Assembly (NCBI GenBank): GCA_029564595.1
Contig: JAKQPS010000037.1
Span: 72,731-136,730 of the forward strand
Direction: 5' to 3'
Origin: a bacterium
Lineage (GTDB): Bacteria; UBP15; UBA6099
DNA: 64,000 nt
The position numbers were made by a program, and so were the translations under genes. Shown piece by piece: positions 47,937 through 58,027 of the stretch. The notes below the pieces were generated by a model, which had not been told where the DNA came from, did not search any database, and saw only the letters and a list, made by a program, of their open reading frames with translations. Within the stretch, counting starts at the first letter, position 1; every line of letters begins with the position of its first letter.

Positions 47937-50258
47937 ATGGCGGGAGTCGCGCAGAACGGCAAAAACAGTTTTCTGAGGTCTTGGGGAGTGCGGACCAAGC
48001 TGCTTCTGTCGTTCGTGTTGCTGTCGCTCGTTTCGACATGCGTCTACATGTGGATAGCCCATTCGCACACCCGCCGCATGGCCGAGGAACATATGACCCA
48101 GAAGATAGAGCTTCTGGCGGGCGTGTTCAGCGAGGAGATCCGCCGGGATCTGGACGCGCACATCGACCATGTAACCGAAGTGGCTTCCCTGCCCGATGTC
48201 AGGTCCATGGAAATCGGATTCCCGCTTGAAAACAGGATTAGAAGGAATTTTTCCCAGACGAGCATAAACGCCCTGTTCATACTCGACGCCGAGAGGCAGA
48301 TAGTGAGCGCAAGCCACTATGACGAGATGTCCTGCGTGTCGCTGGACAAGATATCGAACTCGGAACATGTGGAAGAGGCGATGAAGGAATTCAAGGCCAA
48401 AGTGTTTTCCGGAGAGGCGGTGGACTACGACCGGCCCGGAGCGTTCTTCATAGCGGTCCCAGTCGCGGGGGCTTTTGAAGCCGCCGCCGGAGCGGTGGTC
48501 GCCGAGGTGATAGTCGACATCGCGGCGATGGAAAAACTTATCGAAAAGAAGGAAATCGCGGGCGGGGACATGCGCATGTTCCTGATAAACCGCGACGGAG
48601 TGGTGCTGACGCACACCGATCCGAACGCCATAGGCAAGTGCGTGTTCGAAGAGGGAATGCCTCTGAGCGCGGCGTCAGACAAAGTCAGGAATGGCATTCT
48701 GGCGGGCGAGCAGGGAAAAACCGAGAAGTTCCTGTTCGATGAAGACGGAAAGAAACGCATCGTCGCGGCGGCGGTGATAAACCCTGCGGCGGGCTGGAAA
48801 TTAATTCTCATCCAACCTTATGAAAGAATTATCGCGCCCGTCATCAAAGTCAGGAACGCGATATTCATGTGGGGGCTTCTGGCCCTCGCGGTGTCCATAT
48901 ATCTGGCGCTGTACCGCGCGCGCAGGATAACCTACCCAATCGGCGAGCTTATACGCGCCTCGGAGGAAATCTCCCAAGGCCACTATAGTCAGCGCGTGAC
49001 CATCTACCGCAGGGACGAGTTCGGGTGGCTGGCCTCGGCGTTCAACCGCATGAGCGCCGACCTCGAATCAAAAATCGACGCTCTCAAAATTTATCAGAGC
49101 CAGCTCGAAGAAGCCTTCAATCAGGTGCAGAGCGATGCCCAGAAACGGGAACAGGCGAACCGCGATCTGTCCCAGAAAGTCAGCGAATTGACATCTCTGG
49201 CAGAAGTAACTCAGGCCATTACCACTTCTCTGGACATAAACGAAGTGCTCAACATGATGGTGGACACCATAGTGAAGATAGTCGGAATCGACATCTGCTC
49301 GATAAAGCTGCTGGACCCTGCGACGAACAAGATGTCCGTCAAGATATCCAGAGGTCTTGGGGAGGAATATATAAAGAAATCTCCGACCCGGCCGGGAGAG
49401 GGAGTGAGCGGGCGCGCCATCAAAGAACGCGTTCCCGTCATTATCGAGGATGTGTACACTGACGAAAGGGTCGAGCCTGACCACGTCATCAGAAGCATCG
49501 GCGTCAAGTCCATTATCAGCATCCCGCTAATAACCAACGTGTCCGTGCTCGGAGTGCTTAACCTGTACACAAAAGAAAAGCGGATATTTACGGAGGACGA
49601 GAAACGGCTTCTGGGTATATTCGCCAATCAGGCCGCCGGAGCCATAGAGAACGCCCGCCTGTTCCACTCTTTGCGCGAAAACTATCTCAACACCATTCAG
49701 GCCCTCTCGATGGCGATAGACGCGAAAGACCAGTACACGCACGGCCACTCGAAACGGGTCAGCGAGATTGCCGCTTCTGTGGGCCGCGCGTACGGGCTGG
49801 ACGACAACGAGCTTGACCTTCTCAAATACGCCAGCGACCTGCACGACATCGGAAAGATAGGCATCAGCGAGGTCATAATAGGCAAGAAATCGAAGCTCAC
49901 CGTCGACGAGTACGACATGATCAAATCGCACCCCATCGTCGGCGAGACCATCATCCAGCCTGTTCCTTTCCTGAAGGAAGTCTGCCCGATAATCCGCCAC
50001 CATCACGAGCGGTACGACGGATACGGATATCCGGACGGAATAAAGGGCGACGAGATACCGGAGCTTGCCCGGATACTGCACCTTGCGGACGCTTTTGACG
50101 CGATGACTTCGGACAGGCCGTACAGGAAGGCGCTCAGCAACGAAGTCGCGATTCAGGAAGTGAAGAAACACTGCGGCACTCAGTTCGATCCTAGGGTGGT
50201 CGAGGCTTTTCTAAAAGTGTTCGATCCTGAAGGCGGAGAAACCGCTCCTCCGGCCTGA
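47937..50258 (+). CDS. Cache-HAMP-GAF-HD-GYP cyclic-dinucleotide phosphodiesterase
   Basis: Two TMs, HAMP (DEFGWLASAFN), GAF, HDIGK, HHERYDGYGYP. Confidence 0.92.
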   Translation: MAGVAQNGKNSFLRSWGVRTKLLLSFVLLSLVSTCVYMWIAHSHTRRMAEEHMTQKIELLAGVFSEEIRRDLDAHIDHVTEVASLPDVRSMEIGFPLENRIRRNFSQTSINALFILDAERQIVSASHYDEMSCVSLDKISNSEHVEEAMKEFKAKVFSGEAVDYDRPGAFFIAVPVAGAFEAAAGAVVAEVIVDIAAMEKLIEKKEIAGGDMRMFLINRDGVVLTHTDPNAIGKCVFEEGMPLSAASDKVRNGILAGEQGKTEKFLFDEDGKKRIVAAAVINPAAGWKLILIQPYERIIAPVIKVRNAIFMWGLLALAVSIYLALYRARRITYPIGELIRASEEISQGHYSQRVTIYRRDEFGWLASAFNRMSADLESKIDALKIYQSQLEEAFNQVQSDAQKREQANRDLSQKVSELTSLAEVTQAITTSLDINEVLNMMVDTIVKIVGIDICSIKLLDPATNKMSVKISRGLGEEYIKKSPTRPGEGVSGRAIKERVPVIIEDVYTDERVEPDHVIRSIGVKSIISIPLITNVSVLGVLNLYTKEKRIFTEDEKRLLGIFANQAAGAIENARLFHSLRENYLNTIQALSMAIDAKDQYTHGHSKRVSEIAASVGRAYGLDDNELDLLKYASDLHDIGKIGISEVIIGKKSKLTVDEYDMIKSHPIVGETIIQPVPFLKEVCPIIRHHHERYDGYGYPDGIKGDEIPELARILHLADAFDAMTSDRPYRKALSNEVAIQEVKKHCGTQFDPRVVEAFLKVFDPEGGETAPPA

Positions 50259-50275
50259 CGCGAGGTGATTTTACG

Positions 50276-50554
50276 GTGTCGGACAACTACGGAAAAATCG
50301 ACAGAACGAGGGACCTGTACCGGGTCCACGACGCGGCGAAGAAACAGAAAAAAGAGAAAAAGGGACAGTTGGACAATGAGTTCCTGAATCTGCTCGAAGA
50401 GAGCGAAAAGGACGCCGAAGGATACGACGAGGGCAAACGCAAAGAGCAGAAACCGACGATGCCGACGTCGAGCATGCTGGACAAGCTTTCTGCGGGGGCT
50501 CCGCCGCCGATAATCATCCGCGACGACGACGCTGAAGGCGGGAACAAGGAATGA
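50276..50554 (+). CDS. Small charged hypothetical protein
   Basis: GAGGTG RBS; stop overlaps acyP start. Confidence 0.6.
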   Translation: MSDNYGKIDRTRDLYRVHDAAKKQKKEKKGQLDNEFLNLLEESEKDAEGYDEGKRKEQKPTMPTSSMLDKLSAGAPPPIIIRDDDAEGGNKE

Positions 50555-50835
50555 AGAGAAAACTCGCCGCCAGAGTGTCGGGACGGGTTCAGGGAGTGGG
50601 ATACAGATATTTCGCGAGGGAAACCGCAGTCATGCTGGGTCTCGGAGGTTTCGCGAGAAACCTGCCGGGGGGAGACGTGGAAGTGGAGGCGGAAGGGGAG
50701 CGGGAATCGCTCGAAATGTTATTGGAAGCGTTGCGGAAGGGGCCGCCCGCGTCCCGCGTTTCGGGGGTGGAGGCGGAATGGTCCGAGCCGGAGGGCGGCA
50801 ATGCGGCGGGCGCGGGGTTCAGGATTTTATTTTAA
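50551..50835 (+). CDS. acyP: Acylphosphatase
   Basis: GRVQGVGYR, RNLPGGDVEV, GPPASRV. Confidence 0.95.
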   Translation: MKRKLAARVSGRVQGVGYRYFARETAVMLGLGGFARNLPGGDVEVEAEGERESLEMLLEALRKGPPASRVSGVEAEWSEPEGGNAAGAGFRILF

Positions 50836-50883
50836 CAGCAGTTTTTTTTGTTCGGATTTCGTCCGGGCTGGGAGCGCTCAAAA

Positions 50884-51519
50884 GTGAAAAAATACGAAGA
50901 CTGGCAAAAGTATGTTAAAGAGCAGATGGAAAAATCCGGCCAGAGCCGCGAGATATCCATCCCTTCGGAACCTCGGCGCAACGTGCCGTCGATAAGCGGA
51001 GACCGCTACAAGATTCAAAGGCGCGCCGCGCCGGCATCATTGCCGGAGGAACGCGAGCCGGAGCCGCCCCGCCCGGAGATGTCCGCAGAACCTATTCCGG
51101 TTGCGCAGCCTCAGCGCAAGAGCCTCGACTCCCTGTCTTCGCCTTTCGTTTCTGTAAGCGACGTGTGGGAAGCCGCAGAAAAATCGTCTAGGACGAAAAA
51201 GACCATAAAGGAAGAGTCGCAGGCGTTGAGACAGGCCCGGCTGCCCGGAATAGAGCGGGTGGCCGGACGCGAAAAGCCCGACTCTGCCCCCGCCTCAGCC
51301 AAGGGGCGGAACCACGAGCAGTCCAGAGAGGAAATCATCGAACGGCTCGTGAACCCGACAATCACCCTTGAAGAAGCGGCAAAAATCATGGGCGTATGCA
51401 AAGCCACTGTAAGAAGATACACCGTAAAAGGAATACTGCCGCACTACCGCACCGCCGGAAACCAGAGGCGGTTTAAACTGAACGACATAATAAATTTCTT
51501 GGAAAACCAGAGAAAGTGA
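50884..51519 (+). CDS. Excisionase/BldC-like HTH protein with disordered N-terminus
   Basis: TLEEAAKIMGVCKATVRRY...HYRTAGNQRRF. Confidence 0.8.
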   Translation: MKKYEDWQKYVKEQMEKSGQSREISIPSEPRRNVPSISGDRYKIQRRAAPASLPEEREPEPPRPEMSAEPIPVAQPQRKSLDSLSSPFVSVSDVWEAAEKSSRTKKTIKEESQALRQARLPGIERVAGREKPDSAPASAKGRNHEQSREEIIERLVNPTITLEEAAKIMGVCKATVRRYTVKGILPHYRTAGNQRRFKLNDIINFLENQRK

Positions 51520-51529
51520 GAAGCGCGCG

Positions 51530-51886
51530 CTGGAAGACGAACTGCACATAACCTCGCTCGAACAGAACGGAGTCTTCGTGCTCAGGCCGTCGGGGGCGTT
51601 GACAATCGACACCCACGGGGGGCTGAAGAAGGCCGCCCGCGACGCCATCCTGTACGACAGGCGCAGGAAGATACTGCTGGATGTCGGCGGCATCAGCCGC
51701 ATAGACAGCGCCGGCATCGGCTCGCTCGTGACTCTTCTGAACATCGCCCGCTCAAACGACGGCGACGTCAGGCTCGCGGGAGAATTCGCCCCGGCCGTCG
51801 AGGAGCCTTTCAACTTGTGCGGCCTGTCCCGCGTGTTCGCAAAATATCCCGATGTCAAAACAGGCGTCGAACAGTTCGACCTTTGA
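51530..51886 (+). CDS. STAS-domain anti-sigma-factor antagonist (start uncertain)
   Basis: IDSAGIGSL motif; in-frame upstream extension to CTG at 51530. Confidence 0.85.
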   Translation: MEDELHITSLEQNGVFVLRPSGALTIDTHGGLKKAARDAILYDRRRKILLDVGGISRIDSAGIGSLVTLLNIARSNDGDVRLAGEFAPAVEEPFNLCGLSRVFAKYPDVKTGVEQFDL

Positions 51887-54800
51887 GACGGCGGCGGAGC
51901 TGCTTCTTTTCCCGGCGCTCCTTGTCCTTCCATACATACTGTTCAAGGACACCTATTCGCAGATTTCCGCCGAAGGCGAGTGGAACTCGTTCTACATAGC
52001 CGCGCTGTCCGTTCTCGCCGCGCTGGCCGTCTCAGTTCCCCAGATTGTCGCCGGGATGAACGGGCCGCGCGGAGCTTTCTTCGCGGCGTCCGGGATAGCT
52101 CTGGGCGCGGCGGGCGCGTTGTTGCCGTTCGTCAATGCGCCGCGCGGCGGCTCCCTGTGGCCGACCCTTGCCGTGTGCGCCGCGGCCTGCGCCGCGCAGG
52201 CTGTCGCCCGCGCAAAATCGCGCGGCGGAGCCTCCGGCCTCGACCTAGCGGTTTCCATCCTGACGGTGGCCGCAGGGCTGGCTCTTCCTTACTCGCTCGC
52301 AGCTTTCGGCCTCGAGCAGAGCAAGGCCGCCGTCTTCCTTCTTTTCGTCCCTCTTGCGCTGCCGCTATATCTTTTCGCGACCACTCCCGATTCGCGCGAC
52401 CCCGACCGTCCTCTGGCGCGCGTCATCCTCATATTCATCGTCCACTCGCTGGCCATGTCGCTGTATTTCGTGCTGTTCAGGTCGTACGAATCCTTCCGTC
52501 TTCCGCAACTGACGGCGATGCAGGCGACGGTCGCCCTGAACGTGGCTCTTGCCTTTGCGTCGGCGGCGCTCAAAGGAAGGCTGGAACTCAGGAAATCTCC
52601 CCTGAATGTTCCGATACTGCTGATAACCGTCGCCACGCTGTTGTCCTTCGCGCTGTCTCCCAACTTTTTTGTCAGCCTCAAGGAGTTTTTGCAGTACGCG
52701 TTCGTCGTCATGAACTTCCTGCTGATAGTCCATTGTTTGGACGGCAGGAGGCATTACGGGATTCTAGTGTCGGTTTTCATCGCTGCTCTATGGATTGAGG
52801 CGCTGGTGGGCGTCCAGCAGCATTTCGGGGCGAACCGCCTTCTCGGACTCGGAGGAAACAGAGACCCGTTTTCAACGCTCGGAAACAAGAACTACGCCGC
52901 CGAACTGTTGGCCATGGGAATTCCTTTCGTCGTGGCGGTGTCGATGGGCGTCAGGGAGCGCTGGAAAAAGGCGCTGTGCTGGATCGCCCTTTATCCCATG
53001 CTGGCGGTGGTGGTTCTGGCGATCACGCGCGGCTCATGGATAGGCGTGATAGCGTCTGTCGCGGCGCTTGGGCTTTTTGCGGTGGACGGTCTGGGCGGTC
53101 GCAAAGCCTTAGAAGCCGCCGCGCATATAGCCGCGCTCGCCCTGCTCACCATTTTCATCGCCGCCGTTTCCACCCGCAACGCGATATTAACCTCGGTTCC
53201 TGAATCAGGCGGCGGAAACGCGTTTATTTCGGATGTCCTCAAAGAATGCTCCGGCGGGGCGTCGGTTTCTCTGGGCGGCAGGCAGCTTGCCGTCTGCTCC
53301 GTTCCGTCGAGCAGGAAGTCGTCGTTCTTCGAAAACAACTATGTGTCGGATTGGGTGTCGGTCTCTCGCAGGCTGGGATGGCCGAGGCTGCCCGTGGACG
53401 TGTCGGAGCCGCTGACGCCGCAGGAAACGGTCGCGCGGCTGAGGTACGCGGCGGCTTCCGCCGAACTTGAAGGCACGGAGGCGGCTGCGAGGCTGGGGGA
53501 CTACTTAGATTCGCTCGAAACGGCCCCGCCAGTTTTCTATGTTCGAGTCGGCTACGGCCCGCCCGACTATTCATACGTCAGCCGCTTCATGTCGATAGTG
53601 GACATAGCGTCGCGCAGGCTTGGACGCTCGCCTGTAATGTGGGCGGCGTTCTTCGTCGGGTTCGCCGCGCTGATGGCGGCGGGCTGGTTCGCCATGCGAA
53701 CAAGGCGCGGAAAAACCGCCGCCGTTTCGGCTCTGGCCGTTCTCATGGTGGCGTTCGCCGCCGCCTCGGTTGCCCGGCGCGCGGAAACTCCGCCGGCGCA
53801 AGCCGCCCCGGCGCAAACTACCTTTTCCGCCCCGGCCGCCCCTCAGGTGGTCGATGACTCCATCGTGTCGCGCAGCTTCATCTGGGGCGGCGCGCGCGAG
53901 ATGATAAAGCATCACCCCTTCGGCGTCGGCATCGGCGCGTTCAAAGTCCGCTACCTTTCCATGCTCACCGTCCACCTCGAAAAATCCGGAATATCCACCA
54001 TCCCCGGATTCTTTAAGGACGTCAACGCGAAAGAGGCTCACTGCGAATACCTTCATATATGGGCCGAGTTGGGATTCATAGGTCTGGCGCTGTTGTTGTA
54101 TTTCTTCTTTGCCGTGTTCAAATATTTCAAAAAAATATACTATCCGCTCAAAGATGATCCGTTCACGCAATGCGTGGCGCTCGGCGCTTTCTCCGCGCTC
54201 GCGTCGGTGGCCGCGTCAGCCGTGTTCGGATTCCCGTTCCATATCATAGGCACGTCGATGTTCTGCGGCGCGGCGCTGGCGCTGCTTGTGTTCTCAGAAG
54301 ACAGGCTGCTCGGAGCCGGAACGCTTCCCGCAAACCTTCCCGGCTTCGGCGCGCGCAAGGACAGGGACGACGGAGAGTCGAAAAAAGGCAAAAAAAACAA
54401 ACGAAAAAAAGAAGCGGTCTCAGAGCTTGCGCCGGACATGTCGTGGAAAGACCGTTGGGCGGTAGTCAGGCTTTCGCGTCCCGTCTCGATAGCGGGCATG
54501 GCCGCAGCGTCGCTTTTCTTCATCCTGATTCTGAAATTTTCCGTCGACGTTCAGATGGCGAACATACTGATGAAGAAGGGCAACAGCTACGCGCGGCGGG
54601 CCACCGAGCTTGCGGCAGGAGCCGACGCGGCGGAGCGACGGGGCAACGCCGCCGAAGCCTCCGCGTACCGCTCAGGGGCCGAAGACTTCGACCGGCAGGC
54701 GCTCGATCTCTTCGAGCAGTCCCTCAAACTCGACCCCTATAACGGCGATATACACCTATTCAGGGGCATGTTCTTCCAGAAGCACAAGCAGCCTGACGAG

Positions 54801-56138
54801 GCGATGGCATCTTACATAGAGGCGCGCCGCCACTACGATCTGCCTCAGATATCCCTCGACCTCGGAGCTTTATACTTCGAAAAAGGCGAGGAGTATTACG
54901 ACCAAGCCGCTAAAAACTTTATCGACTCGATGCGCGTCTATCCGAACTACCCATTGCCAAGATACAACCTCGGATTGATTTTCTATCAGAAAGCCATGAG
55001 CTTGGTGTCGCCCGAAAAGCAGGGGATGACGGACGCGCAGGCGGTGGAGGAAACGGCGGGGATGCTCCGAGAGCTTGATAATCTCCGGCGGCGGGAGCGC
55101 GGGGGCGGAGCCGGAGCGGCGGTTCCGAGGCCGTCGACCCGCGTCGAGATAGCCAGATTGCTGTTTAGAGAATCAGCCCTCATGTTCAGGGAGTCCATAA
55201 ACATCAATCCGTCCCTCGACACCGCCGCTTTCAAGCTGGGCATAACTTTCGAGAGGCTTTTCGAGATTGAGGAAGACGACCCGGCAAAGAAGCTCGATCA
55301 CATAGACAACGCGCTGTACTGGTATAAATACACGGTGGGCGTCAACCCGTCTCACGCGGACGCGCTCTATAACTACGCGCTGGCGCTCACGCGCAAAGCC
55401 GCCGTGATGAACAGCCGGGCTGACGCCGCGACCGACCCCGCGCAGGCGCGGAATCTGAGGGAGGATGCGGCCAAGGCGTCAGCAGAATCCCGCGGCGTTT
55501 TTGAAAAGGTCCTCAATGTCAATCCGAGCCACACCCTCACGCTCAACAACCTCGGCAACATGTACTTCAACGACGGCAGGATTGAAGAATCGATAGAGAT
55601 GTACAAGCGCGCGCTCGCCGCCGACCCGGACTACCTGAACGCCCGACTCAACATCGCCCTTGCATATATGCAGACGGGTCGATACGCGCAGACAATCGAA
55701 TATCTGGAAGAAGCGATGCGAAGACCGCTCGAGCCTGCGCACGAGCTGAAGGTCGTCTATCTGGTCGGCTCCTCGTACTTCAAAATGGGCCGCAACGCGG
55801 AGGCGATGGCCGTGCTCGACCACGTCCGCATGAAATACGCGCGGACGCCATTCGCGTCCAACCACGAATACTTCTCCATCGTCACAAGATATGGAGAGGC
55901 GCTCATTCAAGCGGGAAGGAGCGGGGAAGCCCGCAAGGCGCTTGAAGCGCTGGTCGCCGGCGGGACTCGTTTCGTTCCGGCTCCCACCGCCGCGGAAGCC
56001 TATTACCTGCTAGGCGTCGCCGCCTCAAAAAGCGGAGACCCCGCGGCGGCCCGTTCTTATCTTAATACCGTTTTGACAACTTATTCAGCGACGCCGGTCC
56101 GCGCGAACGCCGCAAACTTCTTAAAGACGGTTAAATAG
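51852..56138 (+). CDS. Large O-antigen-ligase (Wzy_C)-like membrane protein with C-terminal TPRs
   Basis: STLGNKN, TRGSW, PFGVGIGAF, EAHCEYLHIWAELG; many TPR motifs. Confidence 0.85.
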   Translation: MSKQASNSSTFETAAELLLFPALLVLPYILFKDTYSQISAEGEWNSFYIAALSVLAALAVSVPQIVAGMNGPRGAFFAASGIALGAAGALLPFVNAPRGGSLWPTLAVCAAACAAQAVARAKSRGGASGLDLAVSILTVAAGLALPYSLAAFGLEQSKAAVFLLFVPLALPLYLFATTPDSRDPDRPLARVILIFIVHSLAMSLYFVLFRSYESFRLPQLTAMQATVALNVALAFASAALKGRLELRKSPLNVPILLITVATLLSFALSPNFFVSLKEFLQYAFVVMNFLLIVHCLDGRRHYGILVSVFIAALWIEALVGVQQHFGANRLLGLGGNRDPFSTLGNKNYAAELLAMGIPFVVAVSMGVRERWKKALCWIALYPMLAVVVLAITRGSWIGVIASVAALGLFAVDGLGGRKALEAAAHIAALALLTIFIAAVSTRNAILTSVPESGGGNAFISDVLKECSGGASVSLGGRQLAVCSVPSSRKSSFFENNYVSDWVSVSRRLGWPRLPVDVSEPLTPQETVARLRYAAASAELEGTEAAARLGDYLDSLETAPPVFYVRVGYGPPDYSYVSRFMSIVDIASRRLGRSPVMWAAFFVGFAALMAAGWFAMRTRRGKTAAVSALAVLMVAFAAASVARRAETPPAQAAPAQTTFSAPAAPQVVDDSIVSRSFIWGGAREMIKHHPFGVGIGAFKVRYLSMLTVHLEKSGISTIPGFFKDVNAKEAHCEYLHIWAELGFIGLALLLYFFFAVFKYFKKIYYPLKDDPFTQCVALGAFSALASVAASAVFGFPFHIIGTSMFCGAALALLVFSEDRLLGAGTLPANLPGFGARKDRDDGESKKGKKNKRKKEAVSELAPDMSWKDRWAVVRLSRPVSIAGMAAASLFFILILKFSVDVQMANILMKKGNSYARRATELAAGADAAERRGNAAEASAYRSGAEDFDRQALDLFEQSLKLDPYNGDIHLFRGMFFQKHKQPDEAMASYIEARRHYDLPQISLDLGALYFEKGEEYYDQAAKNFIDSMRVYPNYPLPRYNLGLIFYQKAMSLVSPEKQGMTDAQAVEETAGMLRELDNLRRRERGGGAGAAVPRPSTRVEIARLLFRESALMFRESININPSLDTAAFKLGITFERLFEIEEDDPAKKLDHIDNALYWYKYTVGVNPSHADALYNYALALTRKAAVMNSRADAATDPAQARNLREDAAKASAESRGVFEKVLNVNPSHTLTLNNLGNMYFNDGRIEESIEMYKRALAADPDYLNARLNIALAYMQTGRYAQTIEYLEEAMRRPLEPAHELKVVYLVGSSYFKMGRNAEAMAVLDHVRMKYARTPFASNHEYFSIVTRYGEALIQAGRSGEARKALEALVAGGTRFVPAPTAAEAYYLLGVAASKSGDPAAARSYLNTVLTTYSATPVRANAANFLKTVK

Positions 56139-56170
56139 CGGCGGCCCTGCGGCGTCGGGAGACTTTCATT

Positions 56171-56833
56171 ATGGAACGCAAAAAAAACAGAATCGCCGTG
56201 TTGCTCTCCGGCGGCGGAACCACCTATCAGCACATTCAGGAGCGTTTAGCGGCTGGAGAGGCGGACGTCGAGACGGCGGTCGTGATATCCAGCAGGGCGG
56301 ACGCCTACGGACTGGAGCGCGCCCGCTCGTTCGGCGTTCCCGCCTTCGTCGTGCCGCGAAAAGAGTTCAATCAGCACGGCGACGCCGCCGTCGCCATGTT
56401 CAACCGCGCCATGCTCGATATAATAGAGCCTTACAAGCCCGACCTGATAGTTCTGGCCGGTTTCATGTGCCTGCTGTCCCCGGAATTTGTGGATAGATAC
56501 AGAGGAAGAATAATCAACACGCATCCGGCTCTTATTCCAGCGTTCTGCGGACACGAATACTACGGCGACCGCGTCCATAAAGCGGTTGTGGAATACGGCG
56601 TGAAGGTCACCGGCTGCACTATACATTTCGTGGACGAGGTTTACGACAACGGCCCGATAATCCTGCAACAGGCAGTGCCCGTATATGACGGCGACACATA
56701 CGAGGAAGTCGCCGCGCGGGTGCAGGCCGCAGAAAAACCGCTCTTCTTCGAGGCGATAAAGCTGTTCTCAGAGGGAGCGCTCGAAATAAGGGGGCGGAAG
56801 GTTTTTCGGACAGGCGGAGGAACTGAAAGATGA
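56171..56833 (+). CDS. purN: Phosphoribosylglycinamide formyltransferase
   Basis: LSGGGT, LAGFM, INTHPAL, GCTIHFV, DNGPII. Confidence 0.96.
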   Translation: MERKKNRIAVLLSGGGTTYQHIQERLAAGEADVETAVVISSRADAYGLERARSFGVPAFVVPRKEFNQHGDAAVAMFNRAMLDIIEPYKPDLIVLAGFMCLLSPEFVDRYRGRIINTHPALIPAFCGHEYYGDRVHKAVVEYGVKVTGCTIHFVDEVYDNGPIILQQAVPVYDGDTYEEVAARVQAAEKPLFFEAIKLFSEGALEIRGRKVFRTGGGTER

Positions 56834-57660
56834 GAGGCAGAAGCAGATCAATGCCCGCCCACATGTCCGCCGCGATGCGAAAACTCGAAGAACTGTCGGG
56901 CGTGATCAACCTCGCCATCCAGACGGTGGACGCGCGCGCGCCGAACCTGACCCGCTGCGACTTCATCGTCCGCGCGCTGCCCGGCTGCTCTCAGGTCACG
57001 CTTGTCACCAAGGCCGATCTGGCTGACCCCAAGGCGCTCAAGGAATGGCTCGCCCACTTCGAGCGCGAAGGGATTCCGACTCTTGTTTTCCCGCACTCAA
57101 ACCGCGCGCCGAGAGAGAAATTCATCGAAAAGATAAGGCGCGCGTCGGGCGCCCCGGAGAATGTCCGCGCGGCGGTCATCGGCCTGCCCAACGTCGGCAA
57201 GTCCACCGTCATGAACTATATCGTCGGCAAACGATCCGTCCGCGTCGGCGCTCAGCCCGGCGTAACCCGCGCCGTTCAGCTCGTCAACGCAGGCGACAAC
57301 TTCGTTCTTGTTGACACACCCGGAGTCGTCACCCCTCAGTTCGCCCGCAGGGAACACGGACTTTCGCTCGCCCTCCTCGGATGCCTTCAGGACTCATTTT
57401 TCAATCCCGACGAGGCGGCGCTTCATCTCCTCGCGCGCTCCCTGCCGTTCTACTGCCGGATATTCAACGAATACTACGACGTCGAAACGGAAACATGCGA
57501 CCCGGTGGAGTTCTGCGAAGCCGTGGCGCGCAGGCGCGGTATGCTCCGCAAGGGCGGCAAGCTAGACTTGGACCGCGTCTATCCTTTGATAGTGCAGGAC
57601 TTCTCGACGGGAAGAATTTTCGGAGTGAGTCTCGAAGCCCCGCCCGCCGCCCCCGCATGA
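56830..57660 (+). CDS. rbgA: Ribosome biogenesis circularly permuted GTPase RbgA/YlqF
   Basis: DARAP, TKAD (G4), GLPNVGKS (G1), PGVT, DTPG (G3). Confidence 0.85.
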   Translation: MRGRSRSMPAHMSAAMRKLEELSGVINLAIQTVDARAPNLTRCDFIVRALPGCSQVTLVTKADLADPKALKEWLAHFEREGIPTLVFPHSNRAPREKFIEKIRRASGAPENVRAAVIGLPNVGKSTVMNYIVGKRSVRVGAQPGVTRAVQLVNAGDNFVLVDTPGVVTPQFARREHGLSLALLGCLQDSFFNPDEAALHLLARSLPFYCRIFNEYYDVETETCDPVEFCEAVARRRGMLRKGGKLDLDRVYPLIVQDFSTGRIFGVSLEAPPAAPA

Positions 57661-57737
57661 CGCTCGCGCGACAGCCCGCAGTCGATTGCCATCCGTCTCG
57701 TTTTCCGGGTATAATACGATTAATCAACAAATAGCGT

Positions 57738-57809
57738 GGCCGTGTACCCAAGTGGCTAAGGGGGAGGTCTGCAAAACCTTCATCATCGGTTCGATTCCGA
57801 TCACGGCCT
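57738..57809 (+). tRNA. tRNA-Cys (GCA)
   Basis: Acceptor GGCCGTG/CACGGCC, anticodon loop CTGCAAA, T-loop GGTTCGATTCC, U discriminator; CCA not encoded; TTGCCA-18-TATAAT upstream. Confidence 0.95.
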
Positions 57810-57829
57810 TTCAGCATTATCGATGTATT

Positions 57830-57866
57830 ATCCCGGATTCGTCGGCTCTATCGACGGATTCGGGAT
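57830..57866. repeat. Short hairpin repeat, family 3, copy 2 (possible tRNA terminator)
   Basis: ATCCCGGATTCGTCGGCTCTATCGACGGATTCGGGAT. Confidence 0.65.
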
Positions 57867-57966
57867 TATTTGATTTTACCCATTGTGCCGGATGCCGTCC
57901 GCAACCCTGTTGCGGGTGTGCTATGGGCAAAACCGAAAAGAATTCACAGCGGCATAAATGACAAAG

Positions 57967-58001
57967 AAAAAAGGGGCGGGAGTGGATTCCCCGCCCCTTT
58001 T
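57967..58001. terminator. Bidirectional terminator downstream of purH
   Basis: AAAAAAGGGGCGGG-loop-CCCGCCCCTTTT. Confidence 0.85.
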
Positions 58002-58027
58002 GGCGATTGAAAACTTTCTTGAGAAAA

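Noticed and set aside
19647-51519. Excisionase-like HTH genes as prophage markers
   Set aside because: Both are fused to other regions and sit in housekeeping context with no phage or integrase genes; they are more likely regulators
57738-58027. tRNA-Cys as an island integration site
   Set aside because: No integrase, no duplicated tRNA 3' end seen, and housekeeping genes lie on both sides
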